A DNA stretch of 64,000 nucleotides, taken from Abditibacteriaceae bacterium. GTDB taxonomy: Bacteria; Armatimonadota; Abditibacteriia; Abditibacteriales; Abditibacteriaceae. Below are positions 21,030-31,472 of this stretch, piece by piece; position 1 is the stretch's first letter, and every line of letters starts with the position of its first letter. The stretch lies in NCBI GenBank assembly GCA_965277285.1, contig OZ255721.1, positions 2,720,001 to 2,784,000 of the forward strand, read 5' to 3'. Both the position numbers and the translations under genes were made by a program. The notes under the pieces were generated by a model. That model did not search any database. It saw only the letters and a list, made by a program, of their open reading frames with translations, and was not told where the DNA came from.

Positions 21030-21132
21030 GTTACGCCGACTTCGTTTGCCAAAACAACGCAAGTTTTCGCTATTTCTTCTGAAAAAGTTGCGTTCAAGTC
21101 GCGCCGTTTTTGCGAACGCCAGCTTGCGTAAC
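21030..21132. repeat. ~100-bp imperfect palindromic element, copy 1
   Basis: gttacgccgacttcgtttgccaaaacaacgc...gcgccgtttttgcgaacgccagcttgcgtaac; homologous to 23183-23282. Confidence 0.75.
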
Positions 21133-21152
21133 CGTTTTTGCGGAGGTTTCTC

Positions 21153-23183
21153 ATGTCGAATGACATTTTGCAGCAATTGGTTCAGGCGCACGATACGCAG
21201 CACTACAAAAGCCTGACGTGGGAAGGCGATTTCGCCGCTTACCTCGACTTGGTCAAACAAAACCCGTGGCTGGCGCAAACCGCCTATCAGCGACTTTACG
21301 GCATGATTTTGTCGTATGGCTTTGAAGAATACACGGAAAACCGCGAAACCATCACGCGCTACGGTTTCTTTTCCGATCCGTTCGACGATGGCCGCGACGC
21401 CATTTTCGGGCTGGACAAAACCTTGATGCACCTCGTCCAAATCTTCAAAAGCGCGGCACGCGGCTATGGCACTGAAAAACGCGTTTTGTTGTTGCACGGG
21501 CCGGTTGGTTCGTCCAAATCGACGATTGTGCGCTTGCTCAAAAAAGGCATGGAATCGTATTCCAAAACCGATGAAGGCGCGCTCTATTCGTTTTCGTGGA
21601 AGAACGACGATGGTTCTGTTTTGCCTTGCCCGATGAACGAAGAGCCTTTGCATCTGGTGCCGCAGGAATTGCGCGCGCAACTGGAAGAATTGCTCAACGA
21701 AGGCCGCGATGACGACAAATGGATTCGCATCCGCGGCGACTTGTGTCCGATGTGTCGCTTCATGTTCCGCGAAGAATTGAAAAAAGCGGGCGGCGAATGG
21801 CAACGAGTACTCGATAAAATCCTCGTGCGCCGCGTTGTATTGAGCGAACAAGATCGTGTCGGCATCGGCACGTTTCAGCCCAAGGACGAAAAAAACCAGG
21901 ATTCGACCGAACTGACGGGCGATATCAACTATCGCAAAATCGCGGAATACGGTTCGGAATCTGACCCACGCGCCTTCAACTTCGATGGCGAGTTCAATAT
22001 CGCCAACAGAGGTTTGGTCGAATTTGTCGAAGTTCTCAAACTCGATGTCGCCTTTTTGTACGACTTGCTGGGCGCGTCTCAAGAACACAAAATCAAGCCG
22101 AAGCGCTTTCCGCAAACCGACATCGACGAAGTGATTATCGGTCACACCAACTCGCCGGAATACAAAAAGCTGCAATCGAATGAGTTCATGGAAGCGTTGC
22201 GCGACCGCACGGTGAAAGTCGATGTGCCTTATAACATCAAGCTGAGCGACGAAATCCGCATTTACGAGCGCGATTACAACAGCAAAGAAGTCAAAGGCAA
22301 GCATATCGCGCCGCACACGCTGGAAATGGCGGCGATGTGGGCGGTTTTAACGAGATTGGAAGAACCCAAGAAAGCCGATTTGACGCTGCTGCAAAAGCTG
22401 AAACTTTACGACGGAAAAACGCTTCCCGGCTATACCGACGACAACATCCGCGAACTGAAAACCGAAGCTCCGCACGAAGGTTTGGAAGGCATTTCGCCGC
22501 GCTATGTGCAGGACAAAATCTCGAACGCTCTGGTCGCCGACGGCACGGGAACCAGCGTCAACCCGTTCATGGTGATGAACGAATTGGAAGGCGGTTTGAC
22601 GCATCATTCGCTGATCAATTCGGAAGAAACCAAAAAGCGTTACCGCGAATTGCTGTCGATTGTCAAAGGCGAATACGACGACATCGTGAAAAGCGAAGTG
22701 CAACGCGCCATCGCCTCTGACGAAGCCGCCCTGAAGCGCCTGAGTTCCAACTACATCGACAACGTGAACGCTTACGTCTCGAAAGAGAAAGTGAAGAATC
22801 GCTTCACGGGCGCCGACGAACAACCCGACGAACGCTTGATGCGCTCGATTGAGGAGAAAATCGACATTCCCGAAAGCCGCAAAGACGACTTCCGCCGCGA
22901 GATTATGAACTACATCGGAAGCCTGGCTTTGCAAGGCAAAGTGTTCGCCTTTGATTCCAATCCGCGCCTGCACAAAGCCTTGGAACTGAAGCTGTTCGAG
23001 GATCAGAAAGATTCGATCAAGCTGACGAGTCTGGTTTCCAACGTGGTGGACAAGGACACGCAGGAGAAAATCGAGATCGTCAAAACGCGTTTGGTCAAAG
23101 AATTTGGCTACGACGACCAAAGCGCCAACGACGTGCTGCAATACGTCGCCAGCATCTTCGCACGCGGCGATTCATCGAAATAG
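21153..23183 (+). CDS. prkA: PrkA/YeaG family AAA+ serine protein kinase
   Basis: '[13 protein letters not shown]', 'CPMNEEPL', 'QPKDEKNQD', '[10 protein letters not shown]'; GGAGG RBS. Confidence 0.93.
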   Translation: MSNDILQQLVQAHDTQHYKSLTWEGDFAAYLDLVKQNPWLAQTAYQRLYGMILSYGFEEYTENRETITRYGFFSDPFDDGRDAIFGLDKTLMHLVQIFKSAARGYGTEKRVLLLHGPVGSSKSTIVRLLKKGMESYSKTDEGALYSFSWKNDDGSVLPCPMNEEPLHLVPQELRAQLEELLNEGRDDDKWIRIRGDLCPMCRFMFREELKKAGGEWQRVLDKILVRRVVLSEQDRVGIGTFQPKDEKNQDSTELTGDINYRKIAEYGSESDPRAFNFDGEFNIANRGLVEFVEVLKLDVAFLYDLLGASQEHKIKPKRFPQTDIDEVIIGHTNSPEYKKLQSNEFMEALRDRTVKVDVPYNIKLSDEIRIYERDYNSKEVKGKHIAPHTLEMAAMWAVLTRLEEPKKADLTLLQKLKLYDGKTLPGYTDDNIRELKTEAPHEGLEGISPRYVQDKISNALVADGTGTSVNPFMVMNELEGGLTHHSLINSEETKKRYRELLSIVKGEYDDIVKSEVQRAIASDEAALKRLSSNYIDNVNAYVSKEKVKNRFTGADEQPDERLMRSIEEKIDIPESRKDDFRREIMNYIGSLALQGKVFAFDSNPRLHKALELKLFEDQKDSIKLTSLVSNVVDKDTQEKIEIVKTRLVKEFGYDDQSANDVLQYVASIFARGDSSK

Positions 23184-23282
23184 TTACGCTAACTTCGTTC
23201 GCAAAAACGGCGCAAGCGAACGCCACTTTTCAAAAGAGTTGCGTTTAAGTCGCGTTGTTTTGGCGAACGAAGTTAGCGGAAC
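23183..23282. repeat. ~100-bp imperfect palindromic element, copy 2
   Basis: gttacgctaacttcgttcgcaaaaacggcgc...gcgttgttttggcgaacgaagttagcggaac. Confidence 0.75.
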
Positions 23283-23298
23283 CATACAAAGGGAAATT

Positions 23299-23706
23299 GT
23301 GAAGATTCGAGTACTCGAAACATCGCTTTACGTTGATGATTTGGACAAATCGGAAGCGTTTTACCGCGATTTATTCGGCTGGGAAACGCTGTTATCCGAC
23401 GAGCGAATGCGCGCCTTGAACGTGAACGATACCAACGTGTTGCTGCTCTTCAAAAAAGGTGGCACAACCGACGGTGAAAGAGTTCCTGGCGGCTTCATTC
23501 CACCGCACGATGCGAGCGGCCAGATTCATTTGTGTTTTGCCATTGAACGCGAAGACTTGGACAAATGGAATCGAGTACTCGAATCGCATAATGTTGAAAT
23601 CATCAGCACAGTTTTTCCACCGCGCGGCGGCACGAGCTTGTATTTCCGTGACGTGGACGGACATTTGATTGAGTTAGCGACGCCTGGCATTTGGGAGATT
23701 TATTGA
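23299..23706 (+). CDS. VOC/glyoxalase family protein
   Basis: 'LETSLYVDDL..SEAFY', 'HLCFAI', 'SLYFRDVDGHLIEL'; GTG start inferred. Confidence 0.88.
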   Translation: MKIRVLETSLYVDDLDKSEAFYRDLFGWETLLSDERMRALNVNDTNVLLLFKKGGTTDGERVPGGFIPPHDASGQIHLCFAIEREDLDKWNRVLESHNVEIISTVFPPRGGTSLYFRDVDGHLIELATPGIWEIY

Positions 23707-24300
23707 ATGTTTCGCTACTTCCGCGACCCACACAACTTTTCGACTTACACCACAGAGCCGCACAAATGCGAACTTTGCGGAGAGCAACGTCCTTGCTATG
23801 AAGGCCCGTTCTACGGCTTAGCTGACCTTGATTTTACTTGCGAGGAATGTATCGCTTCAGGTCGGTTGGCAGAAGACGATTTTCAAACCAATCAAACAGA
23901 TGCTGAAACTCTTTTCAAGCAGTTGCGAATGTTGAACCCGAAACTCTGGACTGACGACCTCGAAAGAATGGCCGCAGAGCGAAGCGCAGAAGTGGAGCAA
24001 AGAACGCCTCATCTCGTGACGTGGCAGGATATGCAATGGCCAGCGCACTGCGGCGATTATTGTTGTTTCATCAAAGGTGCGGGCATCGCTGATTTTGGGA
24101 AATTGGCACCAGACGGCAACGCACAGGCTTTCTTCCAATCGCACCTTTACGGGCGCGACAAAGAAACAGATTTAGATTTCCTATGGAAGGCTGTCCGCGA
24201 AGATTCGCCGCAAAACAACAAGGAATCGTACTGGACAGAAACCTATTTATTTCAGTGCTTGCACTGCGGCGAATACGTAATCCGCTGGGATTGCAATTGA
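23707..24300 (+). CDS. CbrC/UPF0167 family protein
   Basis: 'FRYFRDP', CxxC pairs, 'CEECIASG', 'TPHLVTWQ..W.AHCGDYC.F', 'YLFQCLHCG'. Confidence 0.8.
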   Translation: MFRYFRDPHNFSTYTTEPHKCELCGEQRPCYEGPFYGLADLDFTCEECIASGRLAEDDFQTNQTDAETLFKQLRMLNPKLWTDDLERMAAERSAEVEQRTPHLVTWQDMQWPAHCGDYCCFIKGAGIADFGKLAPDGNAQAFFQSHLYGRDKETDLDFLWKAVREDSPQNNKESYWTETYLFQCLHCGEYVIRWDCN

Positions 24301-24312
24301 TGGAGTAATCGA

Positions 24313-25410
24313 ATGGCACAACGCATTGAAGGTGATAGCGCGCGGTTTCGTAACATCGTGCGCGGCAAAATCAAGGAGCAACTCAAAGGCTACATCTCCA
24401 ATGGCGAGATGATTGGCAAGAAAGGGCGCGATCTCGTCTCGATTCCCCTCCCGCAAATCTCGCTGCCGCAGTTTCGCTACGGGCAAAAGCAAACCGGCGG
24501 CGTTGGTGAAGGCGAAGGCGATGTCGGCGACCCGATGAATGGCAAACCCGGCAACGGTCAGGGCGCCGGACACCAAGCAGGAACGCACATTTTGGAAGTC
24601 GATGTTTCGCTGGAAGAGTTGGCGGCTTTGATGGGCGAAGAACTGGAACTGCCTAACATCGAGCCGCGCGGACAAAAAAACATTTCGCAGCAAGCCGATA
24701 AATATACCGGCATTTCCACCGTCGGGCCGAACTCGCTGCGCCATTTCAAACGCACTTACAAACAAGCGTTGCGGCGTCAGGTTCTCTCCGGCGAATACAA
24801 CGCGCTCGACCCCAAAATTGTGCCCGTGCGCGAAGATACGCGTTATCGGACGTGGAATCCGGTTTTGCTGCCCGAAGCGAACGCCGTGATTCTTTACGCG
24901 ATGGACGTTTCGGGTTCGATGGGCGATGAGCAAAAAGAAACCGTGCGCATTACTTCTTTCTGGATCGATACATGGCTGCAATCGCAATATAAAAACGTCA
25001 GTCGCTGTTATGTAATTCACGATACGCAGGCGCGCGAAGTCGATGAACACACGTTTTATCACACGCGCGAAAGCGGCGGGACGAAGATTAGTAGCGCGTA
25101 TCGAGTACTCGATTCGATAATCGACGAGCGGTTTTCGCCCAACGATTGGAACATCTACGTTTTTCATTTTTCCGATGGCGACAATTGGGACGACGACAAT
25201 CGTTCGTGCGCCGAATTGTTGTCGCAAACCTTGCTGCCCAAAGTCAATCAGTTTTGCTACGGCCAAGTCGCCAGCTATTGGGGTTCGGGCAAGTTCCTGT
25301 CGGAATTGTTCGACAAGTTTGAAGACGACGACAAAGTTGTCACCTCCGAAATCGCCGCACGCGAAGATATTTTGAAAGCGATCAAAAGTTTTCTGGGGAA
25401 AGGTCGATGA
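24313..25410 (+). CDS. yeaH: YeaH/YhbH (DUF444) vWA-like protein
   Basis: 'RFRNIVRGKIK', 'MDVSGSM', 'ESGGTKISSAY', 'HFSDGDNW'; lies between prkA and spoVR. Confidence 0.9.
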   Translation: MAQRIEGDSARFRNIVRGKIKEQLKGYISNGEMIGKKGRDLVSIPLPQISLPQFRYGQKQTGGVGEGEGDVGDPMNGKPGNGQGAGHQAGTHILEVDVSLEELAALMGEELELPNIEPRGQKNISQQADKYTGISTVGPNSLRHFKRTYKQALRRQVLSGEYNALDPKIVPVREDTRYRTWNPVLLPEANAVILYAMDVSGSMGDEQKETVRITSFWIDTWLQSQYKNVSRCYVIHDTQAREVDEHTFYHTRESGGTKISSAYRVLDSIIDERFSPNDWNIYVFHFSDGDNWDDDNRSCAELLSQTLLPKVNQFCYGQVASYWGSGKFLSELFDKFEDDDKVVTSEIAAREDILKAIKSFLGKGR

Positions 25411-26000
25411 ACTTCTTTACACGCAACGCAAAACAAACGTTGGAGGAATGGGGGACGAAGTCCGTTCGTTTTTACCGAACATTGGGATTCTTCAATCAAT
25501 ATAACGCTTTGAGCGATGAGGATTTATCTGATCAACTGCTGTCTTTGCACGGGTTGGAATGGGGCGAGAACATTGATCCGAAAGATGAACTGGCCGACCT
25601 GCAATTTCTAAAATGGGATGAGGAACGTGTTTGGTGGCAAGACACCGAAGCTGATGTTTGCGGCGAAAACAAAGTTTACGTTCAGACTTTGCTGGAGTGG
25701 GGACACATCTCGCGCGGTGCATTCAAACCCACGAACATTGAAGAAACTTGGCAAAGCGAAGAAGGCCCGATTGCAGTCGCCTTTTCTCTGGACAACACGC
25801 AACACTCTATTCGACCAAGTTATCAAGACGATTACATTGATTTGTCTGTAGTTCCGCAAATCAACAATCTGATTGCTGATTCAAACTTGCGCTTTGAAAT
25901 CCATACGATCTTCGATCAAACGGCTTTCATTGTTATGTTAACGCCAGAAGAAAAGCGGCTTATCGAAAGAGAACGAAAACTAAATTTTGTGCAACATTGA
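25407..26000 (+). CDS. Acidic hypothetical protein
   Basis: 197-aa ORF coupled (ATGA) to yeaH; AT-richer codons. Confidence 0.65.
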   Translation: MNFFTRNAKQTLEEWGTKSVRFYRTLGFFNQYNALSDEDLSDQLLSLHGLEWGENIDPKDELADLQFLKWDEERVWWQDTEADVCGENKVYVQTLLEWGHISRGAFKPTNIEETWQSEEGPIAVAFSLDNTQHSIRPSYQDDYIDLSVVPQINNLIADSNLRFEIHTIFDQTAFIVMLTPEEKRLIERERKLNFVQH

Positions 26001-26024
26001 GTACTCGAAGAGGAGGTCAAAGCC

Positions 26025-27485
26025 ATGATTACCCAATCGCAAATTCACCAACTTCAAGCCGACATCGAAAGTCATGCGCGTGCGATGGGTTTCGACTTTT
26101 TTCCGGTCGTTTATGAAATGCTCGATTATCGGCAGATAAGCGAAGTCGCGGCGTATGGCGGCTTTCCCTCGCGCTATCCGCACTGGAGTTTCGGCATGGA
26201 GTACGACCGATTGACCAAAGGCTACGGCTATGGTTTGCAGAAGATCTACGAAATGGTCGTCAACACGGATCCGGTTTACGCTTACTTGCTCGATTCCAAC
26301 CAGTTGGTCGACCAGAAACTCGTTATCGCGCACGTTTGCGGGCACGCGCATTTTTTCAAGCACAACTATATGTTCGCGCCAACCAATCGCAAAATGATGG
26401 ACGAAATGGCGAATCACGGCGCGCGCGTTCGCAAATACATGCAAAAGTTCGGCGTCGAAACCGTCGAGAACTTCATCGACTGTTGCCTGACGATTGAAGA
26501 TTTGATTGACCTTCACGCGCCGTTCATCAAGCGCACAGCCGACGAATCGAGTACTCGAATTGAGGAAGAATCGAGCGCAGACGACTTGTCGTTCTCGTCC
26601 AGCGGCTACATGAACCGCTACATCAATCCGCCGGAAGTGCTGGCTAAAGAACGTCAGCGTCGCCGCGAATTGTTGGATCAAGAGCAACGCTTTCCGCCGG
26701 AGCCACAAAAAGATGTTTTGCAATTTCTGCTGAATTACGCGCCGCTTTCGTCGTGGCAAAGCGATATTTTGTCGATGATCCGCGAGGAAGCGTATTATTT
26801 CGCGCCGCAGGGACAAACCAAGATCATGAACGAAGGTTGCGCGTGTTGGGCGCACACGCGCTTGATGACGCAGCACATTTTGCAGCCCGACGAAGTGATT
26901 GATTACGCCGATCATCACAGCGGAACGGTCGCGGCGCAACCTGGGCGCATGAATCCGTATCGCCTGGGTTTGGCCTTGTTAAATGACATCCAACGGCGCT
27001 GGGACATGGGACAATTCGGGCGCGATTGGGAAAATTGCGACGACTTGAAAGCGCGTCGCAATTGGAATACGAACGCAATGTTGGGCAAAGAAAAAGTCTT
27101 TGAAGTATGGCAGCATTTTAACGACATCACCTTTATCGACGAATTTTTGACGCCCGAATTCGTCGCCGAATATTTGTTCTTCGGCTACGCATGGGACGAC
27201 GATGTGGAGGCTTACACCGTCGCCACGCGCGACTTTCAAAAGATCAAAGAAAAGCTGCTATTCGGCCTGACCAATCACGGGCGACCGTTTATTTACGTGC
27301 AGGACGGCAACTTCCGCAATAGAGGCGAATTGTTGCTCAGTCATCGGCACGAAGGCATGGATTTGAAAGAAGACGAAGCACAGGACGTTTTGCGCAACAT
27401 CCACACGATCTGGAACCGTCCGGTTCACATCGAAATACAACGTGATGGCGAAACAATTTTGTTGAGCTATCCCGAAGAAAATTAA
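26025..27485 (+). CDS. spoVR: SpoVR/YcgB family protein
   Basis: 'YPHWSFG', 'IYEMVVN', 'AHVCGHAHFF', 'TKIMNEG', 'NPYRLG'; GGAGG RBS. Confidence 0.92.
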   Translation: MITQSQIHQLQADIESHARAMGFDFFPVVYEMLDYRQISEVAAYGGFPSRYPHWSFGMEYDRLTKGYGYGLQKIYEMVVNTDPVYAYLLDSNQLVDQKLVIAHVCGHAHFFKHNYMFAPTNRKMMDEMANHGARVRKYMQKFGVETVENFIDCCLTIEDLIDLHAPFIKRTADESSTRIEEESSADDLSFSSSGYMNRYINPPEVLAKERQRRRELLDQEQRFPPEPQKDVLQFLLNYAPLSSWQSDILSMIREEAYYFAPQGQTKIMNEGCACWAHTRLMTQHILQPDEVIDYADHHSGTVAAQPGRMNPYRLGLALLNDIQRRWDMGQFGRDWENCDDLKARRNWNTNAMLGKEKVFEVWQHFNDITFIDEFLTPEFVAEYLFFGYAWDDDVEAYTVATRDFQKIKEKLLFGLTNHGRPFIYVQDGNFRNRGELLLSHRHEGMDLKEDEAQDVLRNIHTIWNRPVHIEIQRDGETILLSYPEEN

Positions 27486-27606
27486 CCCAGAGGACGCGAA
27501 TCGGAAAGAGGAGTGTGAAAGGCGCTACGTACGGGCGAGGCATGCCTCGCCCGTACATCTCATTCCTTTTCTCACCTTCGCGGTGGAATCAAATGGAGGT
27601 GAAACC

Positions 27607-28113
27607 ATGTCCATCGGCACAAAATTGACGCAGGCGATACAAAAAGAAGCCGCCATGAAACGGCCTTTGCCACTCGAAGCGAGCGCGCAAGACGGAAATG
27701 TGAGCGCCACGACCAAATTGAACGATCACGACCGCTTGGGAAATCTGGCCGAAAACGTTCGCGTGCAAACGTCCGCGCCCGCGAGTTCGAGTACTCGAAG
27801 CAAGGCTGAAACGTTTGCCAACCGCGCGACGTATTTGCCCGAACGCTTGGGGTTTGTCGAAACTGATGCTGGAGGCAGCACGGTTTTGCGCTCGACGCCC
27901 GAAACGATGCGCGGCAAAAACAGCGAATACTTCGAGGCGAAAATTGGTGACAACGCGGTTTTACTCGAACGTTTCAAGCCAAAAACGTCCGGCGGTGGGC
28001 GCGACAATGTGCCGTTTTACGTCACGGACGACACGATTGGGCGCATCGCCGATGATGCGGCGCACGCGCTGCAAACGCCCATCAAGAAAACAAATGTGAA
28101 GAAAACGTCCTGA
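27607..28113 (+). CDS. Hypothetical protein
   Basis: GGAGG RBS upstream of ATG 27607; genome-like codon usage. Confidence 0.7.
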   Translation: MSIGTKLTQAIQKEAAMKRPLPLEASAQDGNVSATTKLNDHDRLGNLAENVRVQTSAPASSSTRSKAETFANRATYLPERLGFVETDAGGSTVLRSTPETMRGKNSEYFEAKIGDNAVLLERFKPKTSGGGRDNVPFYVTDDTIGRIADDAAHALQTPIKKTNVKKTS

Positions 28114-28187
28114 CAACATTGAACTGAGTTACGAAGGCATTCGGTTTGCCGCAGAAAGTTGAGAAATCTACTTCTCCAACTTTCTCT

Positions 28188-29135
28188 ATGAATTCTTCGC
28201 TTCCCTCCAACGACGACGCTTTGCTTCAACTCGCGCGTGCCTTGCGCAATACAGATTACACATTCACAACCGTCACGCCAGCGACGCACGAACGCGTCAA
28301 CAATCGGCCTGAAAATAAGACGGCAAATGATCTTCGTGGCGTCTTCGGCTGGAGCCGACCTTTTCATCCCGAAGTTTTACCGCCGCACCTTTGGCAATTG
28401 ATGCAGGCGGCCAATGTCGCAGTTCCCGATAGCGAAAGTTGGCGTAGCGCGGTGCGATTTTCAACTTTGGACGATCAATTGTTCGTTCATTCGTCTTTTC
28501 CCACAACGCAAGCTGACGCGGTTTTTTTTGGCCCCGATACGTATCGCTACGCGACTGCTCTGCAACAGCATTTTGCGCTTTGTCCGCAAAACGTTCATCG
28601 CGCAGTCGACATCGGATGTGGTTCGGGCGTTGGCGCGATTGCAACGGCGTTGCAGTTTCCCAACGCGGACGTTTTCGCGGTTGACATCAACGATCTGGCG
28701 TTGCGCTACACACGCCTCAATGCGCTGCTTTCGAGTACTCGAAACGCTCACGCGCAGCACAGCAATTTATTGAACGATGTAGATGGCGAGTTCGATTTGA
28801 TGGTCGCCAATCCGCCGTACCTGGTGGACGCATCTGAACGCGCCTATCGTCACGGTGGCGGGCCATTGGGCGCTGGTTTATCGCTTCAAATCGTGCAGGC
28901 CGCAATCGAACGCTTGTCGGGCGGCGGAACGCTGCTGCTTTACACCGGCGTGGCGATGATGAATGGCGAAGATCCATTTCGCGCCGCTGTCAGCGATTTG
29001 ATTGCGGACGCGAAAGTTTCGTGGTCTTATCGAGAAACTGACCCAGATGTCTTTGGAGAAGAATTGGAAAGCGGCGTTTACACGCAAACTGACCGCATCG
29101 CCGCTGTGGTTTTGACGCTGACGAAAACGGCTTAA
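28188..29135 (+). CDS. Class I SAM-dependent methyltransferase (HemK/PrmC-like, NPPY)
   Basis: 'VDIGCGSG', 'AVDIN', 'ANPPY', 'VFFGPDTYR'. Confidence 0.85.
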   Translation: MNSSLPSNDDALLQLARALRNTDYTFTTVTPATHERVNNRPENKTANDLRGVFGWSRPFHPEVLPPHLWQLMQAANVAVPDSESWRSAVRFSTLDDQLFVHSSFPTTQADAVFFGPDTYRYATALQQHFALCPQNVHRAVDIGCGSGVGAIATALQFPNADVFAVDINDLALRYTRLNALLSSTRNAHAQHSNLLNDVDGEFDLMVANPPYLVDASERAYRHGGGPLGAGLSLQIVQAAIERLSGGGTLLLYTGVAMMNGEDPFRAAVSDLIADAKVSWSYRETDPDVFGEELESGVYTQTDRIAAVVLTLTKTA

Positions 29136-29141
29136 CTAACC

Positions 29142-29210
29142 AGAATCCCAAGCGTAAGCGCGGGGCTGAACTCACAATTTTATCAGCCCCGCGCTTACGC
29201 TTGGGATTCT
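29142..29210. repeat. REP-like hairpin family D; probable terminator for convergent genes
   Basis: agaatcccaagcgtaagcgcggggctga...tcagccccgcgcttacgcttgggattct. Confidence 0.8.
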
Positions 29211-29211
29211 A

Positions 29212-30606
29212 TTACAGCAACAAGCCATTGAACAATCGTATCGCTTTCAGACCGGGCGCGCTGTGATGATTGGCCGGAGAAATGAGAGAAATCAAAGTCG
29301 CCATCATTTCCGCAGCACTATCAGAATTAGCCAATTGTCGTTCCAGTTCACGGTTTTCCGCATCGAAATCGCTGGCGTCGTTTTCATCGTTGGCAGCCTG
29401 CAGAGAATCGAGTACTCGTTGCTTGGTTTCGGACGAAAATGGTGTTGAGAAAGGTCGCACGTTTTCGACATCGCCCGCGATCCAGTCGAAGATAACTTGT
29501 TGTTCGTAAGGCGAAAAGACGCCGAACATTTTGGCTTTGTCGCTTTGAATCATCTTCCAGAAACGACTGTTACGCGGGTCTTGATGACGCTTAAACCAAC
29601 CCGCTTTTTCCATTTCAGAAATAAACCGCGAGGTTTCTTCGGGACGCGAAAGCCAATCGTTGACACTTCGTCCCGCAATTTGCCGGTAATCTGAGTGCGC
29701 GTATTGCCCCACAACAGCTTTGCGCGCGAAAATGGCGCACAGTTCACCTTCCAAATCGAACTCTTCGATCACCGATTGAGTACTCGAACCCAGCAAATTG
29801 AGATTGTAGCCGTTGCGCACGCGGCGCATCCATTCTTCGCTGTCGCCGACGCGCGGCATCGAACTATAAATCGCATCAACTGCTTTGCGCGCGTGGCCGC
29901 TGTCCGCGTTATCGACCGTGATATGCAGCGTGAAATAATATGGATCAATGCCCAACTCTTTCAGTTCGTAAGCCGTAATGAGCAAGTGCAAAGGCAACTG
30001 TTCATAGCCCAGATTGAAACCGATGACTTCGGGCAGAAACTTGTCGGCATTATACGCCAGAGCAAGTTGAATCGCGCCTTGCACGAAATGCTCGTCGCTC
30101 AAATCGTCCCAGTTCTCGCAACCTTGCGATGCCAGCAATTTGCGATACAAAACGACATGATTTTTCGATGGCTGACCTTCGCCCAATTCTTCCAGATAAG
30201 TTTGAATTAGCGACAGAAAACGCGCATCCTGCCAGCGCGAAAGCAAGCCGTAAAGCCACGCGCCATCGACCAGCTTGGTCGGCGCGACGCCACGCAGAAA
30301 ATATAAAGCGTGCGCTTTGTTGCGAAAATAGCGGCGCGGTTTTCCTGCCTGACGTTCATCCAAATACGCGCGATAAAGTTTTCCGACTTCTTCGACGCTC
30401 GCGTTCATCCACGCAACCAAGTCGTCCGTTTTGTCGGGCAAATCGGAATCGAGATGCGCTGCCTTCACCAATTGGTGATGCAGGAAATCGGCGGCCTTGC
30501 CGGTTTCGCGCGCTGAAGCCGGGCCGTGGAACAAATCAAAATAAATCTCGCGCGCCGGTTGCGAGCGAAGTTCTCGCAAGGTATTTGGTCGAGACGGCTC
30601 AATCAT
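29212..30606 (-). CDS. Iron-containing redox enzyme family (heme-oxygenase-like diiron) protein
   Basis: 'VDGAWL', 'EELGEG..NHV', 'GYEQL', 'YFTLHITVDN..SGH' ligand pattern; RBS before ATG 30606. Confidence 0.8.
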   Translation of the reverse strand: MIEPSRPNTLRELRSQPAREIYFDLFHGPASARETGKAADFLHHQLVKAAHLDSDLPDKTDDLVAWMNASVEEVGKLYRAYLDERQAGKPRRYFRNKAHALYFLRGVAPTKLVDGAWLYGLLSRWQDARFLSLIQTYLEELGEGQPSKNHVVLYRKLLASQGCENWDDLSDEHFVQGAIQLALAYNADKFLPEVIGFNLGYEQLPLHLLITAYELKELGIDPYYFTLHITVDNADSGHARKAVDAIYSSMPRVGDSEEWMRRVRNGYNLNLLGSSTQSVIEEFDLEGELCAIFARKAVVGQYAHSDYRQIAGRSVNDWLSRPEETSRFISEMEKAGWFKRHQDPRNSRFWKMIQSDKAKMFGVFSPYEQQVIFDWIAGDVENVRPFSTPFSSETKQRVLDSLQAANDENDASDFDAENRELERQLANSDSAAEMMATLISLISPANHHSAPGLKAIRLFNGLLL

Positions 30607-30779
30607 AAACTCTTCTCTCCAATAACGGGGAAAAGCAGGACGCACACAAAACACAAAGGCTGCCATAAATATCGCGCCTTGCGTTCGTTTTAGACATTGG
30701 CAAGCTGGTGATAGCGACCAAGCAAAAAACACCATTTTATGCGACAATCGAGTACTCGAATCCACGAAAAGGACAAGCC

Positions 30780-31262
30780 ATGAATCTGCTACAGCTTTTG
30801 GAAGAACTTTTGCCGCGCATCTGCGATTGGGCACAAAGCCAGGAAGACTTCATCTCCAAAAACGGCGTGCCGCTTTCCATTGAGGAAACGCAAATCGCGG
30901 CAAAAATCGGCGTTCAATTTCCGGAGCGCGTGCGCTTATTGAAAGTCGCCAAAGTGCCGATACCTGAAGACGAAACCTTGCGCGCGGCAGCGGAACAAGC
31001 CGGTTTGGTTTCTCCTCACACAGCGGGAATGGCGTTGCGCTACGGCATTTTCATCCGCGACGACGTTTGGCAGCACAGAAGGCACATCGTGGCTCACGAA
31101 CTGACGCACACGGCGCAATATGAACGTTTGGGCGGCTTTGCACCGTTTCTCACGCAGTATTTGGGCGAATGTTTAACCGTCGGTTACAGCAACTCGCCTT
31201 TGGAGCGCGAAGCAATTGAAGCCGCCCAGCGATTAGATTCGCTTGCTGACGCCCGCCCTTGA
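30780..31262 (+). CDS. HExxH zincin-like protein (DUF4157-like)
   Basis: 'IVAHELTHTAQYE' and 'NSPLEREA'. Confidence 0.65.
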   Translation: MNLLQLLEELLPRICDWAQSQEDFISKNGVPLSIEETQIAAKIGVQFPERVRLLKVAKVPIPEDETLRAAAEQAGLVSPHTAGMALRYGIFIRDDVWQHRRHIVAHELTHTAQYERLGGFAPFLTQYLGECLTVGYSNSPLEREAIEAAQRLDSLADARP

Positions 31263-31378
31263 AAGAGCGGTCTGAGGGTGCAAGCACCATAAATGGCGCT
31301 CAGGTTTTCATTCGTGGTTGTGACAGGCAGCGCCCTTCAGGGTGCTTGTGCCCTCAGCCCGCTCTTTCAAGGGCGGCG
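31251..31378. repeat. REP-like inverted repeat family E
   Basis: gcccttgaaagagcggtctgagggtgcaagcacc ... ggtgcttgtgccctcagcccgctctttcaagggc. Confidence 0.75.
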
Positions 31379-31472
31379 GCAATCGGTAGCAGCCTGGAGT
31401 TCGTCCGATATACAGCGAAAGGCGCACGTTTTGGTTAAGAACGTGCGCCTTTTCGAGTACTCGAAGCGAGTT

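Noticed and set aside
21153..27485. Sporulation locus
   Set aside because: PrkA/YeaH/SpoVR families are widespread in non-sporulating bacteria.
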